Assembly (NCBI GenBank): GCA_043228905.1
Contig: JBHGNT010000016.1
Span: 19,096,001-19,160,000, forward strand
Length of the DNA stretch: 64,000 bases
Source of the DNA: Azolla caroliniana
Lineage: Eukaryota; Plantae; Polypodiophyta
Direction of reading: 5' to 3'
Part shown: in pieces, positions 36,101 through 48,194 of the stretch
Layout: each line of letters opens with the position of its first letter
Numbering within the stretch: position 1 is the stretch's first letter
Position numbers and translations under genes: made by a program
The notes under the pieces: generated by a model
The model's database searches: none
The model's input: only the letters and a program-made list of their open reading frames with translations
Told to the model about the DNA's origin: nothing

Positions 36101-38247
36101 CCGTGACTTCCTCGTCTTTAGATGGCTCGATGGTTGGTAAGGCATTGATTTCGAAGAGAGGAATGATCATGGGATGATCATCTAGGAAGTCATCGACCTT
36201 CTCATCGGCCAATCTGTCGAGCATATGGACCCCTTCCGCATATAACGGCGAAGTGTTGAGGGTGACGAGTACTTGTTCTTCAGTGATGATTCAGACTTTT
36301 GTCTTCCCTCTTCGGAACGAGATCATGTTGCGTTGCCAATGTTGCTTGATATTCGCTGTTCGCAACCATGGTCGACCTAGTAACATTGGGTAGGCGCCTT
36401 GTGTCTCCAGTCGTAGCACGACGGCCAAGATCGTGGACATGTGGCCGCCGAGTGTGAAGTCGAGATGGCGGATTAAACCAATGGGGCGAACGGAGCGGGT
36501 GTCGGCCATCCTAAGACAAAAGGGGCATGGTTCCCATTGATTCAGGCCGAGTTTGAGACACGTTGATTCGCTAATAACGTTTACGCCGGATCCGCCGTCG
36601 ATGATGCATCCGTGCAGGTCTTGTCCCTTAATGATGATTCGCACGGCTGGGTTCTGAGAATCCATGAGTGGTGGACCAGTTCCTGCTTCGGTGAGGTGTA
36701 CCGGTGGTGTCACAGCCTTAGTATTGGCCTGTAGTGCCGCCAGGGTGTCCCGAAATCTCGGCATGAGTGGTAGAATGTTTATGTAGGGGCAACGAGATGT
36801 GGGAGTTGGTAAGAACATCCCATAGCTGGTTGTCCTCCGACGACGTGGCTGGTGCCGGGGTTTGTGGTACTGCACTGGGCCCGTCCTTCATGTCAGTTTG
36901 CATGCGTGCGACATTATTTTTATTGGGCGTCTCGACCCATTCTTTTGCTGCCTGTCGTACTTCATCCTGGATTTGCCACTGAGTCGTCTGCGCTTTACTC
37001 TGGGTAGTGACCGTTTGAACATCGGCCATGATACTGTTTACCGCGGGTGCCTTGCCACGGTTGGTTGTCGGACATTGCGTGGCGTAGTGGCCTGGTTGGT
37101 TACATTTAAAACATGTCACGTTGGCCGAGCTGCTGGTGTCCGCTCGGTCTGTGTGTGGAAGCTGTTGTTGTTGATCCTCGGTCTCGTTTGGTGGTGGGTT
37201 GTTCCGAGGTGCGTTGGAGTTGCGCTGGTCATGTTGAGGAGCGTCCCGTCGGCGGTTGTGATTAGGTCTTCTGTTGTTGCGTGTGTTGCGATTGCCGTTT
37301 CGCCGATCCATGCGTGAGTTCCTTCGGTCATCCCGATCATCGCGATCGTCATCGTATCGAGCATAATCGTCGTGCCGGTCATCGCGATAATAATCACGAC
37401 GATGATCACGTTGGTAGTCGTCGTTTCGGCGCCATCGATCCGGGGATCGCGGTTGGTCGTTATCCTCGTCGCGGTAGATATATCGCTCGTCTTGCCGAGA
37501 GTATGTATTTCATGGCTCGATCTGGCGGACCGGTGTTGCCGTTGTGCGGTTCAACATATTATATTCGCACTGCTCGACCGTGTGAGCTCGAGATTGACAG
37601 ATCGGACACTGTGGTCGGTGGGGACATTCGAGGGCTAGGTGTCCTGATCCTGAACACGCAGTGCATTGGAGGGCTTGGCGAAAGCGATTGTCCTCTTGGG
37701 GAAGAGCGTTTTGCAAGGATGTCATCGAGAAGGCCGTGCCGTGCTGGTTCCGATCGAGGGCGAGAACGCGCGCTATGACTTGTTCGATAGTATGGTTGGC
37801 GAAATTTGTAAGTGCGAGAGTCGTTCGTAGAGGCTCTCGTAAACTGGATAGGAAAGTGTCCGGTATATGTTGTGCCGAGACATCATCGGCCACTTGTCTG
37901 TAGAGATCCTGGAACCGGATCGTGAACTGCGCGACCGTTTCGTGCGGTTCTTGGCATATAGAGAAGAATTGCCGTAGCAGTTCCCGTTTAGGCACCTCGC
38001 GATGAAAAAGTTCATGGAACTTTGTGCGCACGATTTGGAAAGTGGTGGCCTCTCCTATTTCGAGACGAGAGTACCATCGTGCGGCCGGTCCCTCGAGGGA
38101 GAGTGTGAACTCAGCAATCTTCGATGCATCGATTTCGGCCGGTGTGAGGCGGTGCGTGGAGTGGTTAGCCTGCCACGTGGATATGAAGGCACGGACGTGT
38201 GACTCCACGTCAGGTTCGTCGGCATATCGTGGGTATGGGTACGGCAT
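33108..38247 (-). pseudogene. gag-pol of the gypsy element (stops and one frameshift near 36780)
   Basis: Gag with three CCHC knuckles. Protease IIDGGSG..LLGRPW. RT LDGFSGYNQI..MMFGL..FLDDF. RNase H VDASD..YYASRRL..TTEREAL. Integrase H..H..C..C, WGLDFVGP, SDQG, ANGLAESTN, followed by a W.GPF (GPY/F) module. Confidence 0.9.
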
Positions 38248-38552
38248 GATGTCGTACTATGGTTCTTTTGGTAGCACCGGAAAAGGGTTTAGTTCCGGTT
38301 GGTTGACCTTCGGAGGGCTTGACGGGGGCGCTGGTGGTGAATCCACTCGCGATCGAGTGTCCAGTGGCGAGGATTGCACTGGACAAGCCCCCGATTGATC
38401 GGGAAAGGATTGGTCAGTGACTGCCGAGTCGGAAGTTCCTTCGACTGGCTCAGGGCGTCGGGCAGGTGGCCGAGACCTCGTGGTGTGAGAGGGCGCCGTA
38501 ATGGCGGCTGGTGGTTACCTTCAACGAAGTTCGCTGTGCACTCACAACTGTA

Positions 38553-38565
38553 ACCGGGCGTGCCA
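38553..38565 (-). promoter_or_regulatory. Primer-binding site TGGCACGCCCGGT (tRNA-Arg type), 5 nt inside the 5' LTR
   Basis: Canonical position. It is complementary to the plant tRNA-Arg(UCU) 3' end ...ACCGGGCGUGCCA (tRNA sequence recalled from memory). Confidence 0.8.
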
Positions 38566-39604
38566 AATTGTGTTACCCGTTCCTTTGGGTTAACACCTTC
38601 GATAGATCTGCGTCTATCGGTCTTCAAGGGCGTGGTACGTGAAGGCTCGTACAAAGGCGTCGAGAGAGATACAGGGCTCAGAGAGAAAACACTAGCGAGG
38701 TTTTGATAGACGTGGCGGCGTGAAACTCATAGGTATAGATCGAAACACAGACTCATGCAGCAAAATAGGCACAATTAAGATATATTACTATGGCAGAAAA
38801 GGATTACAGAACACTAGCGAGGTTTTGATAGACGTGGCGGTGACCTTACGAGTTTATCTAATACGAATGACTAAGCTAGTGCTTCCGCCTATAATTTTCT
38901 TCTCTCCCTTTTCCTGAGGTACTGCTCCTCGTTTAAATAACTTTTCCCCTAACACACAGCCGAGCCATCGGTGGCCCGTGATACTCGGACTCGGCGTTTG
39001 CTAATTTCCTAATTTTACATTTCTGTCCTCTGGACAACAAGTAAAGATAGTGAGACTGAGATATCAGGGTGACACAAGCATGGCCGAGCACATGAATGCC
39101 TTCCATGGACTAATCAATAAGACCACCTCACTAGAAGTACCTCTCGCTGATGAGGTACTGGGATCCCTTTCGGACAGCTAGGAGATGCTCGTGGTGACTT
39201 TGGGTAACGTGGGACTGCAAGGGAAGCGATTGTCTCTAGAGATGGGGAAGTCAAGCTTGCTGAAAGAAGTCCACAAAATAGGGACAAGTTCAGACCAAGG
39301 TCAAAGTTGAAGGGAAGGCTCACGTGGTTCTACTGTGGGGAGCCAAGACACTTCCAAAAGAACTTTTGGAATTACCGGAAGGACAAAGGGGGAGCTGATG
39401 GTGTGGAGTCGAAAAAGATTTCGGATAGCAAGACCACCTCAGCCACTGCCATGAGCGAGGAGGAGCTACTATTCATCAGTGAATAGAACGATGTAAACCT
39501 CATTGGTGAAGAATTGACATGGGTGACCGATTCCGGTGCGTCATTTCACTTGACCCCAACAGAGAATGCTTCTCATCCTACACAACCGTAGATTACGGCT
39601 ACGT

Positions 39605-40619
39605 TGTCGTGAAGATTTTCAGCAACGGTGTGAAAATCACGTGGAACGGACAAAATCAAGAAGGTGCAATATGCACACATATGAAAGGGGTGATGGTTAC
39701 TGGCATACAAAGGGGTGCAAGTAAGGTTTTGAACATTGCACCTCCAAGATAGGTGACAATTTACTTACTATTAGACTTAAGCTTGTTTCTTTAAACCTTA
39801 TTTTCATCATTGTACTTTTCACATGTAAATTCTCATACATAAGAGCATGAATGAGTGACATGGTTATCATGCATCACATGCGATGCATGAGCACCAAATG
39901 GAAATCATGCATTGTATGCATGTCTTACACCCTCACATGCATCATATGCATGGGGGCATCTATATAAGAAAGAAAGGAAGAGAAAGAAAGGGGAACCAAA
40001 CTATGTATTTAATAAAAATATTAATAAGAAAAAACCTAGTCTTATTGGTGATGTGTCTTGTTTCTCAAAATTGAAGTCAAGGGTTCAAACCCGGAATTGG
40101 AATTTCCGTTCATCTAGATATTTGTCTATCTATCTCAATGACTTCCTCACTTTCTGTCTCTCTCTCTCACTCTCTCACAACCACATTAGTGCATCACTTT
40201 GGCTACTACAATTTCATTTCTTGTAGTCATTCACTCTCTCTCATAAATTCTCATCAAGAAGGAACCATCACTGGAAAAGATCATTTCGCTGTCGTCGTCG
40301 CCTGCTAAAACATTGCACACCACCACATCACCGCTGCCTACACGTCAATCCACCGCACCGCAGAGTCTGGGTCGGGTGCATCTTCAACAACAAAGAATGA
40401 CCTGACGATAAACCTAAACGGCTGGTTCCTTACAAGAATAAGTCACGTGACTCGTCCTCCCTGGTCAAAGATCCCGATGGTCCCGTTCGACCGATCCGCA
40501 GGTGGGGAAATCCCATCATCTCCTCCATAACCACTAGCGGATAGAGGCTCGGTGCTTGTCTGCGCATGTGTGACATGCACATCACGACGTTTGGCACGTG
40601 TGACACGTGCCATGCGACA
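39605..40619. mobile_element. Solo-LTR-like insertion (~985-bp LTR TGTCGTGA...TCACGACG) plus a 30-bp palindromic tail
   Basis: It interrupts the copia protease at DYGY/VKMGN. It is flanked by acgt (39601-39604) and atgt (40620-40623), and has the terminal inverted repeat GTCGTGA/TCACGAC. Confidence 0.75.
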
Positions 40620-41572
40620 ATGTGAAGATGGGAAATTGCAAGATCGTCGGAATCGGAAATGTATGGTTGTTGACCTCAACAGCTTGCAGAATGATGCTGA
40701 AGGATGTGCGCCATGTTCTGATACTAGATTGGACCCGGACAGCTCGATGACGAAGGTTACAGTGGCATCTTCCGAAATGACACATGGCAATTCTGCAAAG
40801 GGAACCTGATTGTGGCTCGTGCTTGGAAGCAAAATACATTGTGTGACACGTGCCATGCGACAATGTGAAGATGGGAAATTGCAAGATCGTCGGAATCGGA
40901 AATGTATGGTTGTTGACCTCAACAGCCTGCAGAATGATGCTGAAGGATGTGCGCCATGTTCTGGATACTAGATTGGATCCGGACGGCTCGATGACGAAGG
41001 TTACAATGGCATCTTCCGAAATGACACATGGCAATTCTGCAAAGGGAACCTGATTGTGGCTCGTGCTTGGAAGCAAAATACATTGTGTGACACGTGCCAT
41101 GCGACAATGTGAAGATGGGAAATTGCAAGATCGTCGGAATCGGAAATGTATGGTTGTTGACCTCAACAGCCTGCAGAATGATGCTGAAGGATGTGCGCCA
41201 TGTTCTGGATACTAGATTGGATCCGGACGGCTCGATGACGAAGGTTACAATGGCATCTTCCGAAATGACACATGGCAATTCTGCAAAGGGAACCTGATTG
41301 TGGCTCGTGCTTGGAAGCAAAATACATTGTGTGACACGTGCCATGCGACAATGTGAAGATGGGAAATTGCAAGATCGTCGGAATCGGAAATGTATGGTTG
41401 TTGACCTCAACAGCCTGCAGAATGATGCTGAAGGATGTGCGCCATGTTCTGGATACTAGATTGGATCCGGACGGCTCGATGACGAAGGTTACAATGGCAT
41501 CTTCCGAAATGACACATGGCAATTCTGCAAAGGGAACCTGATTGTGGCTCGTGCTTGGAAGCAAAATACATT
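40598..41572. repeat. Tandem array, 4 x ~244 bp, spanning the insertion/copia junction
   Basis: Units start gtgtgacacgtgcc at 40598, 40841, 41085 and 41329. Copies 2-4 look identical. Copy 1 has a few substitutions and a 1-bp deletion. Confidence 0.95.
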
Positions 41573-44098
41573 GTATGTGATGCATGCACGACTGGGCTGG
41601 AATGAGGTAAATGTGGTAGCTGACACAACCGATGAGTTGTGGTATAAGAGGTTGTGCCACATGAGTAAAAAAGGCATGTAAATGATGGCCAAAAGAGAAC
41701 TCCTACTGGAGGTGAAGAAAGTGTATCTCGATAAGTGCATGGATTGCTTGGCCAGTAAGCAAAATAGGCCTCCGATGAGGAGGAAGAACACTCTGCAACT
41801 AGTGCATACAATCGTATGCTATGTTGATGTGAAGTTACATGCCGGTGCACAAATTTTGGTGACCTTTATAGATGTCTATAACTGGAAGTTGTGGGCTTTG
41901 GTGCTGAAGACAAAGGACCAAGTGTTGTCCGTCTTCAAAGAGTTCTAGGTGAGAGCGGAAAGGGAATCTAGACGAAAGTTGAAGGCCGTCCGAACATACA
42001 ATGGAGGGAGTATAAAGGGCACTTTGAAGAATATTGCTGATCACAAGGTATTCGATTGAAAATACTGTGCTGAAGACTTCGAAACTAAACGGAATGGCTA
42101 AGAGGATGAATCGGATTGTGATGGAGAGGGTTTGATGTATGTTGGCACATGCTAAGTTGCCGAAAACCTTTTGGGTTGAGGCGTTTATGACAACTGTTTA
42201 CATTATAAACAAGTCTCCATCAGTACCCTTAGATCGTGATATCCCACAGAGAGTGTGGACCGGCAAAGACGTGTGATATGGGCATCTGAGGGTGTTTGGT
42301 TATCTCTCATATGTGCATTTTTCCAAGGACTAGAGGGAAAATTGGATCCTAAGAGTCAACCATGTCTTAGGGTACAACGGAGATGAATTTGGCTACCGGC
42401 TGTGGGATCTGATTGATAGGAAGGTCATCAGGAGTCGAGATATATTATTCATGGAAGAAAGGACTATTGCTAATTGGGAGATGGAGAAGATGGGATCATC
42501 CTCCCAACCGACCAGAAGAGAACAACTGGATGAGATACGCAAAGAACATTCAGAAGCTAGATGTCAACCAAAGAACATAGTGGGCCGACTAGGTTGGTTG
42601 AAGGACATTCAGAGGGCAGACCTAGACAAGGAACTAGATTGGCCGAAAGGCATCTAGAAGCTGGACCTGGACGGGGAGTTGGATCGGATGGATTTGGACA
42701 TGAGATTGAATCCAAAGTTGAATCGTCCAAAAGGCATTCGACTGGATCTGGAAGCAACCGAATCAGATTTAGATGAAGAGCTAACTGATGAGAACCAAAG
42801 AAGGAGATACCCCCTGAGAAACGGAAGCCCCCCTGAAGATTTCTGGAAAAAGAATACATTCTCTTAATTGATGAGGTGGAGCCAGAGATCTTCGAGGAAG
42901 CTAAGAGAGTGGTTGCATGCCATGCAATATGAGATGGATTCCTTGTATGAGAACTACACGTATGAACTGACCGAGTTGTTGGAAGGTAAGAAGGCACTCT
43001 GGAACTAGTGGTTTTACAAATTGAAGCCGAGAGAAGGCGGGAATCCACCTAGATACAATGCCCACATTGTGGTGAAGGGTTTCTAGTAGAAAAAATGTGT
43101 AGACTTCGATGAAATATTTGCCCCGGTAGTGAAAATGACATCCATACGGATGATACTAAGTATTGCAACCAGGTTGGACTTAGAAGTTGAACAACGGGAT
43201 GTCAAAACAACTTTCCTACATGGAGATTTGGAGGAAGAAATCTACATGCAATAGCCAGAAGGATTTGTAAAGAAAGGTAAGGAAAATCTGGTATGCCGGT
43301 TAAGGAAGAGCCTATATGGGTTGACGCAAGTGCCCCAACAATGGTACCGGAAATTCGAATCATTCATGGGAGATCACAACATCAACAAAATACAAGTTGA
43401 CCACTGTGTCTTTGTGAAGAAATATGATGTAGAAGACTTTCTCATCCTCCTATTATATATTTATGACATGCTGATTGTTGGACAAGACCTAAAGAAAATT
43501 GCAAACTTGAAGAGGGCCTTGAACAAGTCGTTTGCAATGAAGGATATGGGTCTGGAAAAGCAGATTCTAGGAATGCACATTGTTTGGAACAGGACAAAGA
43601 AGTTGTTGTGGTTTTCTCAAGAGAAATATGTTACAAAAGTGCTCCAGAGGTTCAACATGCAAAATGCGATACCAGTCAGCTTAACACTACCGACAAACTA
43701 TAAGCTGAGTGGAAACCAATGACCGAAGTCAAAAGTGGAGAAAGCTAAGATGAACAAGATCCCCTATGCCTCAACAGTCAGAAGCCTTATGTATGCAATG
43801 CTTTGGACCAGCCAAGACATTGCATATGCTGTCAAAGTAGTTAGTCGATTTATGAGTAATCCCGGCAAGGAGCATTGTTCTGCGGTTAAGTGGATACTTT
43901 GGTACCTAAGAGGGACCTCAAGGATGTGTCTCTGATTAAGCTTAAGTAACCCCGTGTTGGAAGGGTTCACTGATGCAGATACCAGCCAATCCACATCCGG
44001 ATATGTGATGATGTTTGTAGGGGGAGCCATTTCGTGGCAGTCGAGGTTGCGAAAGGTTGTGGCTTTGTTGACCACAAAAACTAAGTATATGGCCGTTG

Positions 44099-45150
44099 TG
44101 TTGGGAGAGCAAGTCCTCTAGATGGGTTGTGTGAGAAGCCGAATCGGCCAGAAGGCATCCAGAAGCCATGTACTCCGGAAGCTGAATTGGACAAGGAGCC
44201 GAATTGGATGAAGACCGATTGTGAGCCGGAAGCCGATTAGAGGCTACATTTGTAAATAACCCATATTGTGTATAAGTATAAATACACCTACAGAAATAAT
44301 TTTGGATTGTTAGAAGGTTGATGTATGTATAGAGAATCAGAGTTGTTATTATTGAGTGAGCTAAGAAAGTGAGTGTGTGTAACTGGTCTCTAGGATGAAG
44401 ACAAGCTCAAGGTTGTTGCCTTAGAGTCTCTTGTATACTCTTTCTACATATTGATTCTGTTTGGAGTCGGTGGGCTCCCATGGTTTTTCCCATTTAGGGT
44501 TTTTCCACGTTAATATCTTGTGTTTTTGTGTCAATGTCTTCTTTTGTTTTTGTTGTTTTAGGTTGTTGTCTCTCAGTCTTGCTTGAAATCGGTTGTCGCT
44601 CGTAACATATTATAACAAACTAGTATTAGAGTGATGGACGAATCTTTCGGTGGAATTTTCAAGCTAGCCGGCTACAACTACTCAATCTTGAAGTCAAAGA
44701 TGAGAGATATGCTTGTGTGGAAAGACTTGTGGCTGTTGGTGCAGTATGGCAACGAAAAACCAGACAAGATCGATGCATCGACTTGGAAAGTCATGCATTT
44801 GGAGGCAACTGCATACATAAGGTCTTTTATAGACATGATTCTATACAACAACTTCAATAAAGAGGAAAAAGCTAACATCCTTTGGAAGAAGATTGAGTTC
44901 ATGTTCAAGAACAAGAACAAGAACGTCGTAAATAGTGTCTCCATCTTTAGGAAGATAGTAAGACTCAGGTATCAAGATGGCTCAAGCATGGCTGAGCACC
45001 TGAATGCATTCCAAGGATTGCTCAATCAGACCACCTCTCTAGAAGTACCTCTAGCCAACGAGGTACTAGCATTGATGCTACTGGGATCCCTTTTGGATAA
45101 TTGGGAGATGCTCGTGGTTACCTTGGGTAACACAGGTCCACAAGGGAAGT
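44099..45150 (+). mobile_element. 5' LTR (44099-44617), degenerate PBS and truncated gag of a second Tork-like copia
   Basis: tgttggg...tataaca is followed by aactagtattagag and then MDESFGGIFKLAGYNYSILKSKMRDML. Confidence 0.75.
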
Positions 45151-45600
45151 GATGAGATGGGATTGTAGATTTGTATGGAAGATATGTTGAAATGTACAGA
45201 CAGAACATGAAAATAACAAATACACAAGATACACATATTTTATGTGGAAACCCTAAACGGGGAAAATCACGGGAGAACAAATCTTCACTATATAACAAAT
45301 ATACAGAGAAAGAAAACAGGTTACAACACTTTGTCTATACAGAATGTATTAGCCACACATGGCTTTTGGTGTCTAGTTCCTCTCAGCTATGGCGCCACTC
45401 ACACTATGATCTTCTCTCTCAGCTACACTCTATACAATTTTACTCTACACACAGTTTTACTTTTGCGCTAAGTGTATCTATACTTATACACCATATGGGC
45501 TATTTACAAAAAATAGTCCCTACTACTATCACGCCTATTATTATTATAGTAATAACAATAGCAGTTAATCAGCGGATTGGTACACATAATCAATATGTCA
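45150..45600 (-). mobile_element. Copia LTR fragment in reverse orientation
   Basis: Contains the reverse complement of the cccgtgattttcccc..tagggtttccac motif seen in the LTRs at ~44480 and ~49045. Boundaries are approximate. Confidence 0.5.
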
Positions 45601-46915
45601 CCGAGTAGGCCTCGAGGACTTCAAATACCTCAGGAATTATGAACCGGTAAGAAGCCAAATTACGACAAGCTGAGGATTTTCGGATGTGAGGCGTACGCCC
45701 TCATATCGAAAGGTGACCACCGCAAATTAGAACCGAGGTCCAAGAAGTGTATTTTCCTTAGCTATGGACCAAACGGCAAGATCAAATACTGACTCTGGGA
45801 CCCCGTGCACAAACATATCGTCCGAAGTTCGGACGTAGTGTTGAATGAGTCGGTTGTGCATAAGACGGTCGAAAAGCCTATTGAAATCCAAAAGGTAATC
45901 TTTTCCGATGTGCCGACTATGCACGAAGGCCCAACCCATAACATGAGGTCGACTTCACAGGTAGCCAAAACCTCTAGCACCGACTCAACACAACTGAACG
46001 ACCCGGCTTTGGACCATTCGACTCTGACACCCGATGCGACTAGTCCGGTCATACCTTGAAGATCCAAGAGAGTATCACAACCCTCAGAGAGGTGCTCTCC
46101 TGGAAACTTCTCCACGGACGCTGGTGAGCCCACTTCATATGAAGAAGCATCAACATCAGCTGATTTAGCCACATGGCATTTGGCGATGGAGTCCAAAATG
46201 AACTCCATTCGGGCAAACAAGACTTGGGACTTGGTCGAACTATCGAAAAATCGACGTGCTCTTCCGTGCAAGTGGGTCTATAGATTAAAAGAGACATTCG
46301 ATTCGACCACCCCAAAATTCAAGGCTAGATTGGTAGCAAAGGGTTTTGGACAGGAATATGGCATCGATTCTGACGAGAACTTTTCACCAATGGTGAAGAT
46401 GGCAACCCTTCAATTCATGCTCGACGTCATGGCAACTGAAGATTTGGAGCTCATTCAGTTAGATGTAAAAACGATATTCCTCCATTGTGACTTAGAGGAG
46501 GAAATTTATATGGAGCAGTCGAAAGGCTTTGTGGCATCCAGCCAGGAACATCTAGTCTGCTAACTTAGGAAGAGTCTATATGGCCTAAAGCAGGCATCAA
46601 GACAGTGGTATAAGAAGTTCGACGACTTTATCCAATCAGTTGGCTTCTCTAAGAGTGATGAGGACCATTGTCTCTTCATGAAAACAACTCGAGATGGGTC
46701 ACCCATCGTCCTCATCATCTACATGGATGACATGCTACTCTCTGGTCGGCATGCCGGAGAGCTCGCTGAACTCGTTCGGTAACTGCGGTTGAAGTTTTCC
46801 ATGAAGGACCTCGGTTCGGCAAGACACATTCTTGGAATGAAGATAAGTCGGAATCGAAATAGAAGATAGTTGTTCCTGTCTCCATCCAACTACATTTGAC
46901 GTGTCTTAGAATGCT
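45600..46915 (+). mobile_element. Copia pol fragment (integrase C-terminus and RT)
   Basis: [55 protein letters not shown]. Confidence 0.85.
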
Positions 46916-48194
46916 CCAAAACACGTTCGTGTTCACAAGTGGAAGGATCACGTATTTCACTTGTAGATTCCTTTTGTAAATATCCAAATATACCCTCTCT
47001 ACAAAAATTGGATGCACTAGTATCACATGTTCCACAACTTGACTAGAATTTGCAAAATTAATAAAACATGATAGGTCTTCGAGTGGAGAACATGTGAAAT
47101 TCAGCTAAGTTTGGAATTGTTGATATGTTAATGCGATTATAATAAAGTAAAAAAATGGCTCAATATCACACTTTTGTGTGACATGGCAAACACTCAGATG
47201 AAGACTTATATTTGTTTGGTAAGTTAGCCAAAAAATACGAGGTGTAATTGTATCCATGTTAATAAAATGAGTTATAATTTATAGTTTGACCCATACTCGT
47301 ATGTATATAATTGTTCGCAATGAGATTATAGTGAACCTTAGGATAATGTGATTGAAATAACAAACTTATTAAGGCTTTCAATACTTGTGTTTAAAGTTGA
47401 TGCAATCTAATCCTTAGGTGATTCTTATGGGATCGAACTCCGAAGGATAACGCTAGTTAAACTACAAGCGTATGAAACATGTGGATATTGATAAGAGGTG
47501 TACTCCAAGGTTGTGCAACTAATGGGACAGTGTGGCATTGACCATTATCAACACACTACCCAATGTAAGCAGCAATGGAAGACAAACAAACATAATAGTT
47601 TGATAATTATGAACACACTACACATTCTAATCAGCAATAGAAGATAAAGAACCATAATATATAGACAATTATATATTAGACACAATTTGACAGTCTTCAA
47701 CAATCGATCTCAATTAACACATGGAAAGTCGTGATGATCATTCAATGGGGATAATATGTTTAGGTAAAGTTTGACCTAGAAGATTGTCACTATCAATGAG
47801 TCATGTATCTTGATGTTAGAAATCAGCCTTAAGGTTAACTCATTCATGTTTCTCTATATTAGAGACAACAAGAAATGCACGAAATTAGGCTTAAGGTTAA
47901 GTAAATCATTTTCTCCACATTAGAGTCAACAACATATGCGTAAAATCAGGCTTAAGGTTAAGTAAAGTTCCCTTACACAATAATTGAATAACATTCATAT
48001 ATATTTTAATTTTCCGAAGTCATAAGTCAACAAACCAAGTATATAGGAATATAATTGAAACATATAGAAGAATGTAAACAATGGAGTACACCAATGGAAG
48101 GACTTAAAATTTGTATTAGAACTTGGAATTCATAAGTCTACACTTCATCAACAAAACATTCTATTACATAGTAATTAAGTGGCTTTGTCAGGCA

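Larger units (their letters stand above)
28878..39039 (-). mobile_element. Full-length non-chromoviral Ty3/gypsy LTR retrotransposon with extra 3' ORF and no PPT
   Basis: TG...CA LTRs at 28878-29333 (456 bp) and 38571-39039 (469 bp). TSD AGTAA at 28873-28877 and 39040-39044. Domain order gag-PR-RT-RH-INT. No chromodomain visible. Confidence 0.95.
28480..44095 (+). mobile_element. Decayed Ty1/copia (Tork/Tnt1-like) host element, interrupted by the gypsy at 28878-39039, the LTR insertion at 39605-40619 and a tandem array
   Basis: Degenerate PBS followed by gag MDESLRGMFKLIGSNYSVWKSKMRDML (28564). Gag resumes at 39045. Protease WVTDSGAS lies at ~39520 and DYGY|VKMGN spans the second insertion. 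Integrase, RT and truncated RNase H run to ~44095. Confidence 0.85.

Noticed and set aside
36700-36880. Programmed gag-pol frameshift
   Set aside because: The frame change falls within a region that looks coding on both sides and has no clear slippery heptamer. A mutational indel is more likely in this stop-ridden copy.
28878-39039. Element is really plus-oriented with an inverted interior
   Set aside because: Inverting the interior would still leave a PBS-like site at both ends and no PPT. The LTR TATA-like motif (tatttaaa on the minus strand at ~29227-29234) agrees with the gag-pol direction.
40443-41850. Repetitive minus-strand ORFs
   Set aside because: They are antisense translations of the 244-bp tandem array of copia pol.
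46920-48190. AT-rich spacer with three ggcttaaggttaa-like repeats
   Set aside because: No ORF, termini or TSD identifiable.
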